Assembly: GCF_006345805.1 (NCBI RefSeq)
Contig: NC_043005.1
Span: forward strand, 5,270,001 to 5,334,000
Direction of reading: 5' to 3'
DNA: 64,000 bases
Origin: Octopus sinensis
Lineage: Eukaryota
Under the pieces are notes generated by a model that saw nothing but the letters and a program-made list of their open reading frames with translations, was not told where the DNA came from and made no database searches. Shown piece by piece: positions 39,601-53,519 of the stretch. A program made the position numbers and the translations under genes. Position 1 is the first letter of the stretch. The number at the start of each line of letters is the position of its first letter.

Positions 39601-39911
39601 CGCTTTGTGGATAAATTATATAAAGGCTCACAGAAGGAGAAAAAGTTTAAAACAAAATTTGTTCTTCAGCCTCTCTAGAATCGGATTAATTTGTATTAGT
39701 CTGTGTGTATTTAATACCCGTCTCTCTATCTATTATACTCTCTACATTTGTCTCTTTATAACTATATCTTTCTGTCTGTGTCTGTTTATTGAAAGACGTT
39801 GAGCTCAAGATCATTTGGTCATAGACTCAAATCCTTGGACTGAGTGAAACCTTGTGTCCTTCATTTCCCAGTCTGCTCAGCCATAATAAGTGCCAGCCAG
39901 GTATCAGTGCA

Positions 39912-39970
<59 letters not shown>

Positions 39971-41729
39971 CCATCTGTCATATCTTAATTATTCTACAGA
40001 ATTAATGGTGGAAAGGAATCAATATCTGCTTGTGACTACACAGGCACCAAAAGCAATTAGTGAAAGCATGGATCCCAGTGTCATGCAAATGGCACATAAC
40101 AACACCCATTACACTCTCAGAGTGTTGACACCAGGAAGGGCATCCAGCCATAGAAAGCCATGCCAAATCAGATTGGAGTCTGGTGCAGCCTGGTCAAACT
40201 GTCCGACCCATGCCAGCATGGACAATGGGCGTTAAATGATGATGATGACGGTATCTGTGCATTTATCTTTTACTTGTTTCAGCCATTAGACTGTCACTAT
40301 GGAGGCATCACCTTGAACTCTTAGTCAACTGAATCAACCACTTAGTCTATCAGTCTGAATCGCTAAGTTATAGTTGTCGAGTGGTGATGGGGGGACGAAC
40401 ACACACACATATACAACAGGCTTCTTTCAGTTTCCATCAATGAAATCTGCTCACAAGGAACCATGTAGCTCACAGGAACCATGTAGCTGGAAGCAAACTT
40501 ACCACACAGCCAACTCATTACCAAACCATTTAGTTTGTGAGTGAGTGACAACTGGATATAATATGCTCGTATTTAAAAAGAAATATTTCTCAGACCCTAA
40601 ACTTGAGAAGGATTTTTATGTATGAGTATGTCAGTTGATATGTCTGCTCTTCCTACCGTCAACAAAGTTTCCACAATCATTGCTAAGATGGATGTCAGTA
40701 TTTCAGTTGCAATAGATATTCACGGTGATGCAATGGGGATGAACTGAATGGAGTTCACTGAGGGGGAACTTCTATGCAGTCACTTAACTTGCTTGGAAGA
40801 CCCACTGAAATTTCTCACAACTCACTACCTTCTGCATATTCAGTGATATAATTCTTGGTAGCTCTGAAAAAACAGGATGATCATGGTTGGAATGTCTTTG
40901 ATCAAAGGCCTGCTCAATCAGCACTGAACTGATCTGGAGTAGGGGTTAAGCAACCCTGCTACCAACATCAGTCACAAAGTTCTCCAACCCTTTTATAAGG
41001 TTCTCTTTGAATGAAAGTCAAAGTGATGACCTCAGCATCTATCCTGTATATACAGAGAGAAACCACTGAAAATACCTTCCAAATGGTTTTTTAAGCCAGT
41101 AGCTTACTTTGTCACTTTGAGCTATCGGGACAAGGCATCCTTCAAAAGTTCCATTCTTCCTGAAATCCACCAACTCCTTACATATGTGTGCACCCTTTCC
41201 TCTTTATGGTTCTTTCACTGTTCACTTTATTGTCATTTTGTGTTTTATTCTATTTGGATGATATGTCGGTCTTCCATGCTGGCATGGGTTGGATGATTTG
41301 TCACGATATGGTGAGCTGGAAGACTGCATTGAGCTTCAATGCTTGCTTACTTTAGCATAATTTCTACAATCGCATGCCTTTCCTAATTCCAACTACTCTA
41401 CAATGTACTTGGTGGTTTTTTGGTGGGGTGGCACCAGCACTTTGAAGGTCACCAGGTCACTCACAAGACAAAGTAAAAGCCCTTTCAGTTGAGTGAGGGT
41501 GCAGCAGAGAGGAAGGTGGCTTTGTGCCAGGTGTTAAGAGGCTACTATACTTATGGCTATCATTGGTAATTTTTTTACTTGATTTATTGCTACTTTCTGT
41601 CCCTTCTTTTGCCCTCTTCTGAGTTGTAGTGCACTTGAGCATTGTATACAGTAAGCTCACTATTATATTTATTATTTAGAGATCCACAAAGGGATCTCAG
41701 TGTGGTTGCTCAACTTGCTAGAATTAGCA

Positions 41730-41935
41730 GATATGTATACAAATATATAGGGTTGAAATCCCAGAAATCTATCAGGATGCAGTGTGGAATCATTCAAATT
41801 GCAACTGGATAGATACTTAAGCACCATTAGAGATGAACCCCATCTCCCAGGATATACACAACGAGCACAAACTGACTCAAACTCGCTCCTACACATGTCA
41901 AATTTAAGCAGAGAATACAACCTGGCAACCACACC
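41730..41935 (+). mobile_element. CR1/L2-group LINE terminal fragment
   Basis: Reads ESFKLQLDRYLSTIRDEPHLPGY. Confidence 0.7.
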
Positions 41936-43658
41936 AGACTCTGAGGGTGGAGTCTTCGACTTGGCCTGAGCATGGACTCAAACCCAAATGAAATGAAATG
42001 TGTCCTCTTGAAGCATGTTTGTTTATTTCAGTATTCCAGATCTGTAGAGTTGAAAATACCGGAAAATTTTTTTGGCATTATTTATTCACCATTACACATG
42101 TTTCATTTGCTAATAGGAGTTACAAAAGTGTGTCATACAATAGAAAGCAAGTAAGATATCTCCTATAGGAAATTCTTCAAACAAAAAATCAAATACTGCA
42201 AAATTTACATTTGGATGAAACTTTTAAATATATATTTTAGTAATCAGAAATTCTATAGACAGAGAGGAGAAAAGACACGCATGATATTATCATCATTCAA
42301 TGTCTGTTTTCCATGCTGGCATGGATTGGACAGTTTCATAGGGGCTGAGCAGGCAGAAAACTGCACCAGGCTCTGATTTTGTTTTGGCATGGTTTTTACA
42401 GCTGGGTGCTCTTCCATACACTGATCATTTGACAGTGTGGAATGGATGCGCTAGCACTGGTGGGGGTCTCCAAATAACTTACAAGGCAAAAGATCCTTTG
42501 AGAGGGAGGGGGTATTGAAGGAGGTGGCTTTGTACCAGGTGATAATGAGAGGTTAGAGCGTGATAGGAATAGGAACAGGTGCTTTGCTAGAGAGAGAAGA
42601 CAGAAACAGGTGTTTCTGTAGAGGAGATACATGGTTACCCAGTTAAAGAGAGAGAGAGAGAGAGAGAGTAAGTGATCAAGAATGAGAGAGAGAGAGAGTA
42701 GAAGAGAGGGTGGGTGTTCAAGAGGGAGCATGAATGATAAAGAATGATAGGGAGAAAGTGGAAGAGATTGAGAGGGTGAGAGTGCAAGTATCATTAAGCA
42801 GTTGTGCAATTAAGAAATTTACTTTGCAATTACATGCTTCAGGATTGAAGCCAATTGTTTGGTGCATTTGGCCAATGTCTACTGTAGACTCAAGTTGACC
42901 TCTATCTTATTATAGGAATTCATTTGAAGAAAATTATAAATGTGTATGAAGAGATGAAGCATTTTTTTTTCTCCTTTTGCGGGATCTCTAGCGGCTGTGA
43001 GATGAGACACTCTAGTGGCCCAGACCATCCACCAAACTCCTACACAATTACTCTCCTACTTTCTCCAGCTACATCTACAGACCAGATTACACTCACCATT
43101 ACCTTCTCTCTGCCTCTTCCTCCTTGAAATACTCATTTCTTTGCAATTCCCATGCTCTTCTCTCTGCACTCGTCTTTTCTCCTGCACTGTTCCTCCTCTC
43201 CTCAAAGGAGGATAAGAATCTTTGCATTTTTTGAGTTAGAAGCTTTTTAGTTCCCAGCTACACCCAACCAAACACTTGTCTGGTGTGGTCACATCTGATG
43301 CATCAGTAACTCTACACTGTGGACTGATCCACTACATCCAAAACTTATGTGGACGATTGTTGACGAAACCGGTTATAAAAAATGTCACCTTAAACGTTTT
43401 TTGCTGTCAGAATATTCACCATAAGAAACCTTCATTTGAAATGACATCATCATGTTTTTCTTTTTAACATTTAATGTTGAATAAAGACTTTATTTAATGC
43501 TTTTATGAAAGCATTTATTATTCTTTTTTTAGATTTTTAGAAAAATGCTTTATCATTGTCCATACAATGAATTTTCCTATATGGTGAAATTTCTTACAGT
43601 AAATTTTTCAGACATGTATGAAACTCTCTCTAGAAAATATATGTAATGCAAATATATA

Positions 43659-43873
43659 TGTAAATGTAATATGAGACACTTATTCGGTAGCCATGATAAA
43701 ACTCCGAGTTTCGAATACCGAGGTGGAAATTCATGCCACCATCTCTTCAGTTTTCATAGCATTTTTCCAATGGCTGGATAACCGAAGAGATGGTGGCGTG
43801 GATTTCCACCTCGGCATCCGAAACTCAGAGTTTTATCATGGCTACTGAATAATTGTCTCATATTACATTTACA
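43659..43873. mobile_element. Fold-back element 1 (MITE-like palindrome): 94-bp arms, 27-nt loop
   Basis: Arms 43659-43752 and 43780-43873, with 8 mismatches by manual alignment. Confidence 0.9.
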
Positions 43874-44018
43874 AATAAATTCCTCTATTTACATAATATC
43901 GAGGTCTCTTTCTTTTGTTGTCTTACCATTTATCAATATATATATATATATATATATATATTACGGAGATGTACTTGCATAGCAAGTGACTTGATCTGAG
44001 ATCGTGTGCTGGAACGAA

Positions 44019-44302
44019 AACAATTGCAGCATGGAAGGTGTTTATAAGCCATTTAAGAAACACACAAAAACCGTTAGATTCACTTCAACATTTAAATTTA
44101 ATTTGTCAAAATATTTTCGTCACTTTGAGACCGCGACCTGTTCACTGACAAAGCTTCGTGCTGCATCTCATGTCAGTGAACAGGTCGCGGTCACAAAGCG
44201 ACGAAAATATTTTGACAAATTAAATTTAAATGTTGAAGTGAATCTAACAGTTTTTGTGTGTTTCTTAAATGGCTTATAAACACCTTCCATGCTGCAATTG
44301 TT
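44019..44302. mobile_element. Fold-back element 2: 132-bp arms, 20-nt loop
   Basis: Arms 44019-44150 and 44171-44302, with 3 mismatches by manual alignment. Confidence 0.9.
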
Positions 44303-44776
44303 ATAGATCATTCTCATTCAACATCTGTTTTCTATTCTGGCATAGGACATGTTGAGCAACAGGATTGTGTTGAGCCCCAGTGTCTGCTTTGACATAGTTT
44401 CTATGCTTGCATGTCTTTTCATACACCAACCACTTTACAATCTGTACAGGGTACTTCTCTTGGGCCACTGGCATTAGTGAGCTCTTCAGGTAACTTAAAA
44501 GACATTACAGTAGAAAGAAGAAAAGGGGGAAGGAGTCTTTGTTTGCCAGGTGTTGGGGCTAAAATACATGTCAGAGGCCAGTCCAAGTTATCTTGCTAAA
44601 GAATAGGTACATGGCTACCATGCATCATATAGGGGTGGATGGGAGTAGCTGGAAAGAATATAGAGATGTTGTTTCTAGATGCCTTATATATATTATGAAT
44701 TAATATTAGATTTGGTATATACATGAGAAGCATACAGTATGTATGTGCGACCAATATTATATATATATATATATAT

Positions 44777-44808
<32 letters not shown>

Positions 44809-47800
44809 GTAGAGAAATAGATATGTAGATATTTTCTTATTTTTGAAAAGCAGATACATATGACCTACATATGTAAACATACATGTTTATGTATATACTA
44901 TTATGATATATATATAGTGTATGATACATATACTGCCATTTATTATTTATTAGTATGTCAAGAAGGTGTGTATATATATCTATATACATGCGCACATACA
45001 GTGTATGGCTCATATACCGCCATATATTAGTATGTTAAGAAGGCTTGTGTGTGTATATATACATATACATATGCCTGTATGCTGGCCTTAGACTGTAAGT
45101 GTATATGCATATTCACATATGTTTTCCATATGGGAAGCAGCTAAGAACTCGATGAAGGAAATACCTGTTTTTATTTTTTTCAACAGAGATATGGTTTGAT
45201 AATAAAAAAAAAAAGAAAAGAATTTTGCTTGAAAGTGCTTATGTTTTTGTTTTAATTATCATAATTAGAGAATATGCAGTTCCTATGATATCGTCTGCAT
45301 TTACAAGATGTATTTGTACCATATGGAAACAATATGTAGTTCGCTTGTGAAAGAGAGTTTGGTAAATTCAAGAATTTAATGCAATATTGCGAGAGACAAT
45401 GTTTAAAGCATACAGAAAGAGAGTTGTCTGTGTTGAGAGATAGACATGGCAATGGCTGTGTGATTAAGAAATTTGCTTCCTAACCACGTGGTTTTGAGTT
45501 CAGTCCTACTGTGCAGCACTTTCTGAACAAAGCCTGTAGGTGCAGAAATGGTTATTTGGTTAAGAAGCTTGCTCCTCAGCCACTTGGTTTCAGGTGTAGT
45601 CCTATTGTATGGCACCTGGGCAAGTATGTTTTATTATAGTCTCTGAGGTAAGCAGTCTTGTGAGTAAATTTGTTTAATGGAGACTGAAAGAAGCCCACTA
45701 TGTGTGTCCCCCTCCCCATTATTTAATGGTTGTAAACAAGTGTCACCACGATACAAGTGATGTTGTTTGCTTCCAGTTGTTCATGAAAAACATGTCTGGC
45801 CACGGGAAATATTACCTTGCTTGGAAGTGGATGACGGTTGGCAATATGAAGGGCATCTGGCCATAGAGGATACGCTTCACCAAATTCCATGTAACCCATA
45901 CATTTATGATTCATGTCGTTGTTTGTCTCGACTGCTTGTCTTTCAAATTCTTGATATTTCTGGCCAGTTTTAAGGCAGGCAAGCTGGCAGAACTGTTAGC
46001 ATGCCAGGCAAAATGCTCAGTGGCATTTTCTCTGTTTTTATGTTCTGCAGTTAACTGCAGTTAACTTTGTCTTTCATTATTTGGGGTTGATAAAATAAGT
46101 ACCAATTAAGCACTAGGGCTGATGTAATCAACTTACATGCTTCCCTGAAATTGCTGAACACACACACGCACACACACGCACGCACACACTTATTTGGTTG
46201 GGTAATTTTAGCAACAATACAGGCAAGCTTTATTTTCATATTTTCTACAATCTCACCAACTTTACCTTGACAAGAAGCAAAGCCATGTTTTGCTGCTAAG
46301 GCTGGCAATATTATTCTGTCTTAGGTTGCCTCAAATGTTTTGGAGACCGTGCATGTGTTTTTTTTTTTTGTTTGCTCCCTGCCTTACTACCTTTCAGCTA
46401 TTACTGGTCTCTTTTTCTCTCAGCTGATAGAAAGACACGACTGAGTCAGAAACACAACCAAACATCAACTCAGCCTCCCTGTTCGTCTTAGCTGATGGCT
46501 TCACACACACACATACACGCGCGCGCGTGCATGCTTAATCTCTAACTTTTCTCATTATCACGATACAGAAATCCCATGTCCTTTCCTGCATGTAGATTAT
46601 TGACATTCATTTTCTGTATTTCATTTCAGTTGATTTTTTTTTTTTGTCATGATATTGTTTGGAAGCAAGAATATATAAAAATTAAAAGGAAAATGAATTT
46701 TACACAAGATTTGATACTCTGTCGTTCTAGGAAGATATATTGACTATCTTTTACACATTTATACTCAAATCTCAATACCCTAGAGAGATTATTATCATTA
46801 TTATTACTTTTTATTATTATTATTTTTCTTTTTGTGGTTTACAAATGACTTTTTAATTTATTGTTGGGCTTGATTAGTCTACCCACTATCTTTTGTCTGG
46901 TTTGTGCGTCACTCTCCTCTAATTTTGGAAAAATAATCTCTCTGATATGTTTACCATGTAACTTTTTCCTTGAAAAAGTTTACCAAGTAAACAACTGCCC
47001 TTCACTTTCATTTTATTTTATTTTATATTTTTTTTTATTAGTATTTCTGTAATCATTTCTGATAGTGCAAGGCAAGCATTTAGCTTTTTTGTTTTTCCTT
47101 GTTTTGACAGGAAGTCGACTCAAATTTTCTTTTTTTTCTTCTTTTGCTGCATTATTAATGTAATTCCTTTTCTCACCGCCGCCAGCTAAGATAAACAGAA
47201 AAGTAAATGAATCTGAGAATATGTCGTATTTTGATGGCCATAAAATATATTTTTGTAATAAATTCTGTGCATCCAACTCATGTAAGAAACAGAAAAAAAA
47301 AAAAATAACCAACATTAGGAAGATGAAATTGTCAGATAAAGGTTGTAAAAGACCAGTATTGATGATGCACTATTAAAGTAAATTGAAAATATTATTTACT
47401 TAAAACTGTTGGCTTAGATGCTTTTAGTGTGTCTGTAGATTAATGCATTACTGTGTCTTGCACTTCTGAACAGATGAAGAATATATTGGGAAGCATTATG
47501 TTTAATTTAACCCTTTCATTGCCGTGTTTTTGTTGAATACACTATCTTTAATCCGTTTGATTTTGAAAATAATGAAGAATTTAGCAAAATATTTTTGAAA
47601 TTGTTAAGCTGCTGTTTGGAATATAAATTAACAAGGAATCTTGATGGAAGGTTTTAATTTAAATAATTTTAAACATGAATTTCTGTATCTTGCAGCTAAG
47701 AGTAATCTCAGGTAGGTTGGTACCAAAAGGATGAACTGTGCAGTACTTCTTTGATAAATATGATAAATCTGTTGCATTACATGTTGATTTAGCAGTTGGG

Positions 47801-48297
47801 CAAAAGAACCTGAAAGAATAAGTACAAGAGTTGATTTGTTCAACTACTGTATAAGCTGGTGCTCCAGCATGGTCACAGTCCATTGCCTGATAAAAGTAAA
47901 TGAATTAATCCTACTCCAACTCTACTGTTGCAAAAGAAATCAGGTCTCATAAACTTGAAAAATGGTGACAAATTGGGTGAAGTAAAGAATAATTTCTGAC
48001 CTTTGGTATATCTATAGATGAGGAAATTGTGTCAGATGCTAAATATATTGCTAAAATAATATTTGGGGAAAATTCCATACAAGTGTTTGACATGTTTGGA
48101 TAGTTCCTCGTTGGCATAATAGATTCCTTTGTTGACACAGAAGACTATCAGATCAGGTTTCGTGAAATCTTGCATGTTGCACTTGGTTATTTACAGTTAA
48201 GTCTGCTGAAATGGTTTACTACTATTGGGAAGCATTTCTCTCGTACTTTGTCTTCTTGTATTACGTTGTTTGTAACAAACAAATCAGAATTCTCCAT

Positions 48298-49500
48298 TAA
48301 CCCTTCTGTTACAATATTTCTGTTGAAATTTACTGCCTTTGTTTCAATTAATTTCGAAGATGATGATGAATTATTTATTAAAATAACATTGTCATTATGA
48401 AACTGGTATTTGGAACATAAATCAATATGAAATTTTGATGGAAGGTTTTAATGTAGTTCACCTTCACCCTTTTGTTACCATATTTCCATTGAAATACACT
48501 GCTATTATTTCAATTAATTTTGAAAATAATGAAGAATTTAGTAAAATAACTTTATCATTTTTAATCTGGTGTTTGGAACATAACATAAAATTTTGATGAA
48601 AGGTTTTAAATTAGATCACTTGAAGAAGGCAAGTTTATATCATAGAACCAGGGGTCATCCCCAGCATGTTGTTATGAAAAGGGTTAATCTCACTACTCCC
48701 TTTCATATATAGATTGAAATAAATTAAATTCAAAGAATATGAAAATAATTTTGAAACAGAAATAATCTCAAGCAAATTAAATTTTCTCCTAATTAATTCT
48801 TTCTACAATAGACACAAAGCCTGAAATTTTGGGGGAGGGTGCTGGTTGATTACATTAACCTTGGTACTCAATTGGTACTTTTTTTATCGACCCTGAAAGG
48901 ATGAAAGCAAAGTCAACCTTTGTGGAATTTGAACTCAGAATGTAAAGCCAAAAGAAATGCCACAAAGCATTTTGTCTGCTGTGCTAAGAAGGAATCTGGT
49001 AGTTTGCCAGCTTTTACTTTTATCTAAAGAGTAGTAAATGAACATTTTTGTTAGTATATTTCTGTTGAAAATATCCAGCATTTGTTTCAATTAATTTTGA
49101 AAATAATGGAGAATTTAATAAAATAACTGTCATTATTAAACTAATGTAAGGTGGTCAGCTGGCAGAATCATTAGCATGCTGGGTGAAATGCTTAATGGTA
49201 TTTCCCTGTCACTATGTTCTGAGTTCAAATTCTGCCGAGGTCGACTTTACCTTTCATCCTCTTGGGGTTGATAAAATAAGTAGCAGTTTAACACTGGGGT
49301 CGATGTAATCGACTCATCTCTTCCCCTAAAACTGCTGTCCTTGTGGCAAAATTTGAAGCCATTATTAAACTAATGTGTGAAGCAAATTAGCAAAAAATTT
49401 TAATGGAAAGTTTTTAATTTAGATCAGTTTAAAATGGGAAGTTTGTGTCATAAATCGAGGGGCACTCTGAAGAGGGTTGGTCTTAAAAGAGTTAAAGTTC
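48298..49500 (+). mobile_element. Cluster of M1 MITEs with two SINE A copies (48810-49010 on -, 49148-49359 on +)
   Basis: M1 ends ttaaccctt...aaaagggttaa (48687). The + SINE has A-box TGGCAGAATCATTAG and B-box GAGTTCAAATT, and is flanked by a 17-bp direct repeat cattattaaactaatgt (49131-49147, 49360-49376). Confidence 0.8.
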
Positions 49501-49545
49501 AGTTTTAACTGGCAACATTTCTTGAACAAGTAATTAAAACATCTT

Positions 49546-49888
49546 TCATGAATCTGTGGAAATCATCAACTTGGGAAACTCTTTCAATGAAACTGTTTTC
49601 CCATCAAGTTGATTTGCTGCAATTAATCCATATGTTGAAGATTCTGCAGCAAGTGATTCAAGAGGTGAATGTTCTTGACCTCCACACACACCTCTGTAGT
49701 ACAAATATGATGCACAATCTCTCCATATCCAATTATATACCGTTGCTGTCTTAACACCATGTGCAGTTGCAGTTGCTTCTTGATGTTCTTGTACACTAGC
49801 AGGCAGCATGTATGCTGTTTGTCTGAGATCTTCTTGCCCTGTTGTATTTTCTTGGTGCAGTCGTATGACTTTTAGCATACAGTTTGTC
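49546..49888 (-). CDS. Candidate terminal coding exon of an unidentified gene (TNCMLKVIRL...FPKLMISTDS*)
   Basis: 114 open codons in non-repetitive sequence, with strong A/T third-position bias. Acceptor aatagcag|G is phase 2, compatible with the exon at 50266-50356. Ends in TGA. Confidence 0.6.
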
Positions 49889-50265
49889 CTGCTATTCATT
49901 GAACAAACAGCAGAGGTCATTGTTAGATATGGTGATCAATTAAGAAACATGGAGAGAGAATATCAAATCAAATTTTAAAACCGAGTTCAAAGAGTTGATT
50001 TGTCATGAGGAGTGAAAAAAGAAACCTAACATTTCAGATATTTGTTCTTGAGAGATAGGAGAGAGAGAGAGAATTTCTTTATTCACCATAAGGTTGAGAA
50101 AAAGAGGGGACGATACGAGGACAGACAAAACAAACATTGGGGTCATGTATCGAATGAGACGAAACATATGAATAAACAAACAATTAAAGTATATACAATG
50201 AAATGAAGTGATTTACAAAAAATGAAGCGGAGGACGCGGTCGACCCCACAAACCACATCACTCAC

Positions 50266-50356
50266 ACTGAAGACTTTGCTTTCTCCTTTTTTACATTCTC
50301 ATTTAAACAGGTTCTTTCACTCGCAACATACTTGCTATAGACTTCCAACTTTTGGG
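50266..50356 (-). CDS. Candidate internal exon (QKLEVYSKYVASERTCLNENVKKEKAKSS), 91 bp, phase 1 to phase 2
   Basis: Acceptor gtatttttgcag|, donor CAGT|GTGAGT, open frame. Splices in frame to the 49888 exon across a 377-bp intron. Confidence 0.55.
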
Positions 50357-52485
50357 CTGCAAAAATACTGATGAAACATTGTAACCTAGGCAGAATGATC
50401 CACACACACACTCTCACCCTCCTCTCTCTCTCTCTGAAGAAGGGCAAGTGATATGTTGGAGTGTTTCATTTCCTTATAACAAACCTACATGCTGAACTCT
50501 TCTGTAAATTCTTGATGGATAAATTTTCACCAACACAGACCACCCAGTTTTCTCAGATTCTAAATTTTATGTTATTAACACTAAATGTGGCTGTGAGGAT
50601 TAAAGTGGAGCTGTGAGGATTATCAGAGTTTTGTTTTGTTTTATAAGAAGTGAATAATTTAAATACTTTTAGAAGTAAAAAATGTTGGTTTTAATGCCTT
50701 TAGGGACAAGTATAGCTAAGTGGTTAAGACGTTTGCTTCCCAATCACATGGTTTTGAGAGCAAGAGGCTTCTGCTGTATCCCTGATCTGACCATTGCCTT
50801 ATGAGTGGATTTGGTAGATAGAAACTGTGTGGAAGCCTGTTGTGCCATCGATTTAATGTCGACTTTCCTATGCTTGCATGGGTCAGGCTGAGTTTATTGA
50901 GACAGATTTTCTATGGCTGGATGGCTTTCTTGTTGCCAACCCATCAGTTGTTTCCAAGCAAGGTAATAGTTCTTTATGGCCAGACATGGTTTTGTAGAAT
51001 TTTGGAAATGACTGACACTGCTTGTTTGACAGTGACACTCACTTACAACTGTCAAGACAAAGAGACACAAACAAACACACTCACACAACACACAATCACA
51101 CACTCACACGCATACATACACATACAAAGAATAGGCTTGTGAAGACAAGGAGACACATACACACATACATAGATACATATACGTGCATGTACATACACAC
51201 ACACACACACACGTGTGCAGATGCACTCAGAAACAAATAATAGGCTTCCTTCAGTTTCTCCCTACCAAACCCACTTCAAAGCTTTAATTTGTTTGTGGGT
51301 CTAGTAGAAGACTCTTGCCCAAGCTGCCACACAGTGGAACTGAGCTTGAAACCAATGTGGTCCTTAATCTCACAGCCACTCCATGATAAAGTCTATAATA
51401 ACATTTTTTTTTCCACCCAATGCAAAGCTGGAATCTTAATTTCTTTGAAAAGTGGGGGAGTGGGTGGGAAAATTCACATCAATGTTGCTTTACTGTTTTT
51501 TTTGTTTTAATTATATTTTTAGTCTATACATTCGGAAACAAGTTAAATTTGTTAAAAAAACTGTAATTGCCTCAGGACCAGAATCATTTAAAAGTAATTA
51601 CATCCTTAATTAATATTTCAATCCTTTTTCTAACATGCATTTTTTGAAAAATTTGTTTTATAATTTAAGCATTCAGATTAAATTATTTTTATTATTGAAA
51701 AGACCTCCCCCCACCCCATCAAAACAAAGATACAACAAGCAATCGAAAATTTACCAAACGTCAACTTTCTCTCTCAGCAGAGAGTATTCTCATTAATCTA
51801 GTGAGTGGGTTGCTTTGCTCATTTGTTTCTGGTTTTCTCTTGAAATGCTCTGTAGATGTGGCTGTGTGGTTAAGAAGTTTGCTTCCCAACCATGTAGTTT
51901 TGAGTTCAGTCTCACTTCCTTTATAGCCCAGGGTTAATCTAAGCCTTGTTACTGGATTTGGTAGATGGAAACTGAAAGAAGACCAATTATATATATAGTC
52001 AATTCAGATAAATGAATAATAAAATTAACAGACAAGAAGATGTGTACAAGGATATATTAGCTTGACACTCAGTAAAAAGAGAGAACCAAGTAAGCTCTTG
52101 TTGATTTAACAGTTGTGTTTTAACTCGTTTGATGTCAACTTATGTGACACCACTTCTCTGATCCATACTCCATGTTGCTTCTCTGATACTTACTCCATTT
52201 TAAAAAGTTATATATATTAAAAACCTTCCACTAAAATTCCATGTCAATTCAGGTACTAAATACCAATTTAAGAATGACAAAATTGTTTTATTAAATTCTG
52301 TATTTTCAAAATAGAATGAAGCAAAAGTGTTGTATTTCAACCAAAATTATGGTAACAAGAGAGTTAAGAATATCATTATTACCCTAACCAGTGATTTCAA
52401 AATCCATTTTGTTATAGTCTGTATTCTCTTTTCTTTTTCTTCCTGTTAACTATTATTTCATTCCAAACATAATGATTCCAGCTTT

Positions 52486-53046
52486 TAACCCTTTAGCAAT
52501 TAAACTGGCCATATCTGGCCCAAATATTCTACCTATTTTATGTTCAAACTGACCAGATCCAGCCTCTCACACATACCCTACAATGCCAATCTAAAAATTA
52601 AAAATCGCACCATTGAAATCTCAAAGCTATGAGATAATCATTATCATCATCATCATTTAATGTCCGTTTTCCATGCTAGCATGGGTTGGACAGTTTGACT
52701 GGGGTCTGGGAAGCCAGGAAGCTGCACCAGGCTCCAGTCTGATCTGGCAGTGTTTCTACAGCTGGATGCCCTTCCTAACGCCAACCACTCTGTGAGTGTA
52801 GTGGGTGCTTTTTACATGCCACTGGCACAGGTGCTAGGGGAGGCTGGCAATGGCCACGATCGGTTGGTGCTTTTTACGTGCCACCAGCACAGGTGCCAGG
52901 GGAGGCTGGCAATGGCACGATCGGTTGGTGGTTTTTACGTGCCACCGGCATGGAAGCCAGTCAAGGTGGCACTGGCATGTTTAATTCAAAACAATATAAA
53001 TAAATAGCCATTACATTTCACAGAGTAATCCGAAGGCTTAAAGGGT
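52486..53046 (-). mobile_element. M2 MITE interrupted by RTE tail C (52640-52980)
   Basis: Ends ttaaccctttagc...aagggttaa. The insert carries ~61-bp internal tandem repeats. Confidence 0.75.
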
Positions 53047-53393
53047 TAACTTTGCTATCTTACCCCAAACCTTGTTTATTAGTTCACTGCACTTTTTTAA
53101 CTCTTCCCACTAGAGAACGGTTATTGCTCTTTTGCAGGAATCCACTGATAATTTTGATGCCCAATTGTCTTCTCAATCCCCTTGCACTGTAGGCCATCGT
53201 TCACTTTGTAAATAATTGCCAATCTGACCTAATAATAGATGAGTGTATTTTTATTTTCTAATTTTTTAAACTTTCTTTCTAGGGAATAGTATCTGGCTTC
53301 ACTATTCTGACACCATCATTACTTCCTGTTCCTCTGCCAGGCTTCAAAACAACCACGTGTGTGTGTGTGCGCGTGCGCATATATATATATATA

Positions 53394-53426
<33 letters not shown>

Positions 53427-53519
53427 GTGCATATACACACACATATATATATACACATATATATGTGCGTATATGTATGTATGTATGTATGTATGTATAT
53501 ATGTATATATATATATATA

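Noticed and set aside
40620-40860. Moderately GC-rich stretch with short frames on both strands
   Set aside because: Stops interrupt every splice-compatible frame and no motif was recognised.
47947-48400. ORFs at 47947-48138 and 48170-48400
   Set aside because: No splice support; the second runs into an M1 MITE. The region is more plausibly 3' UTR or intergenic.
49148-49240. tRNA-like A/B boxes in SINE heads
   Set aside because: No cloverleaf, and they continue into a multi-copy SINE body, so they are not tRNA genes.
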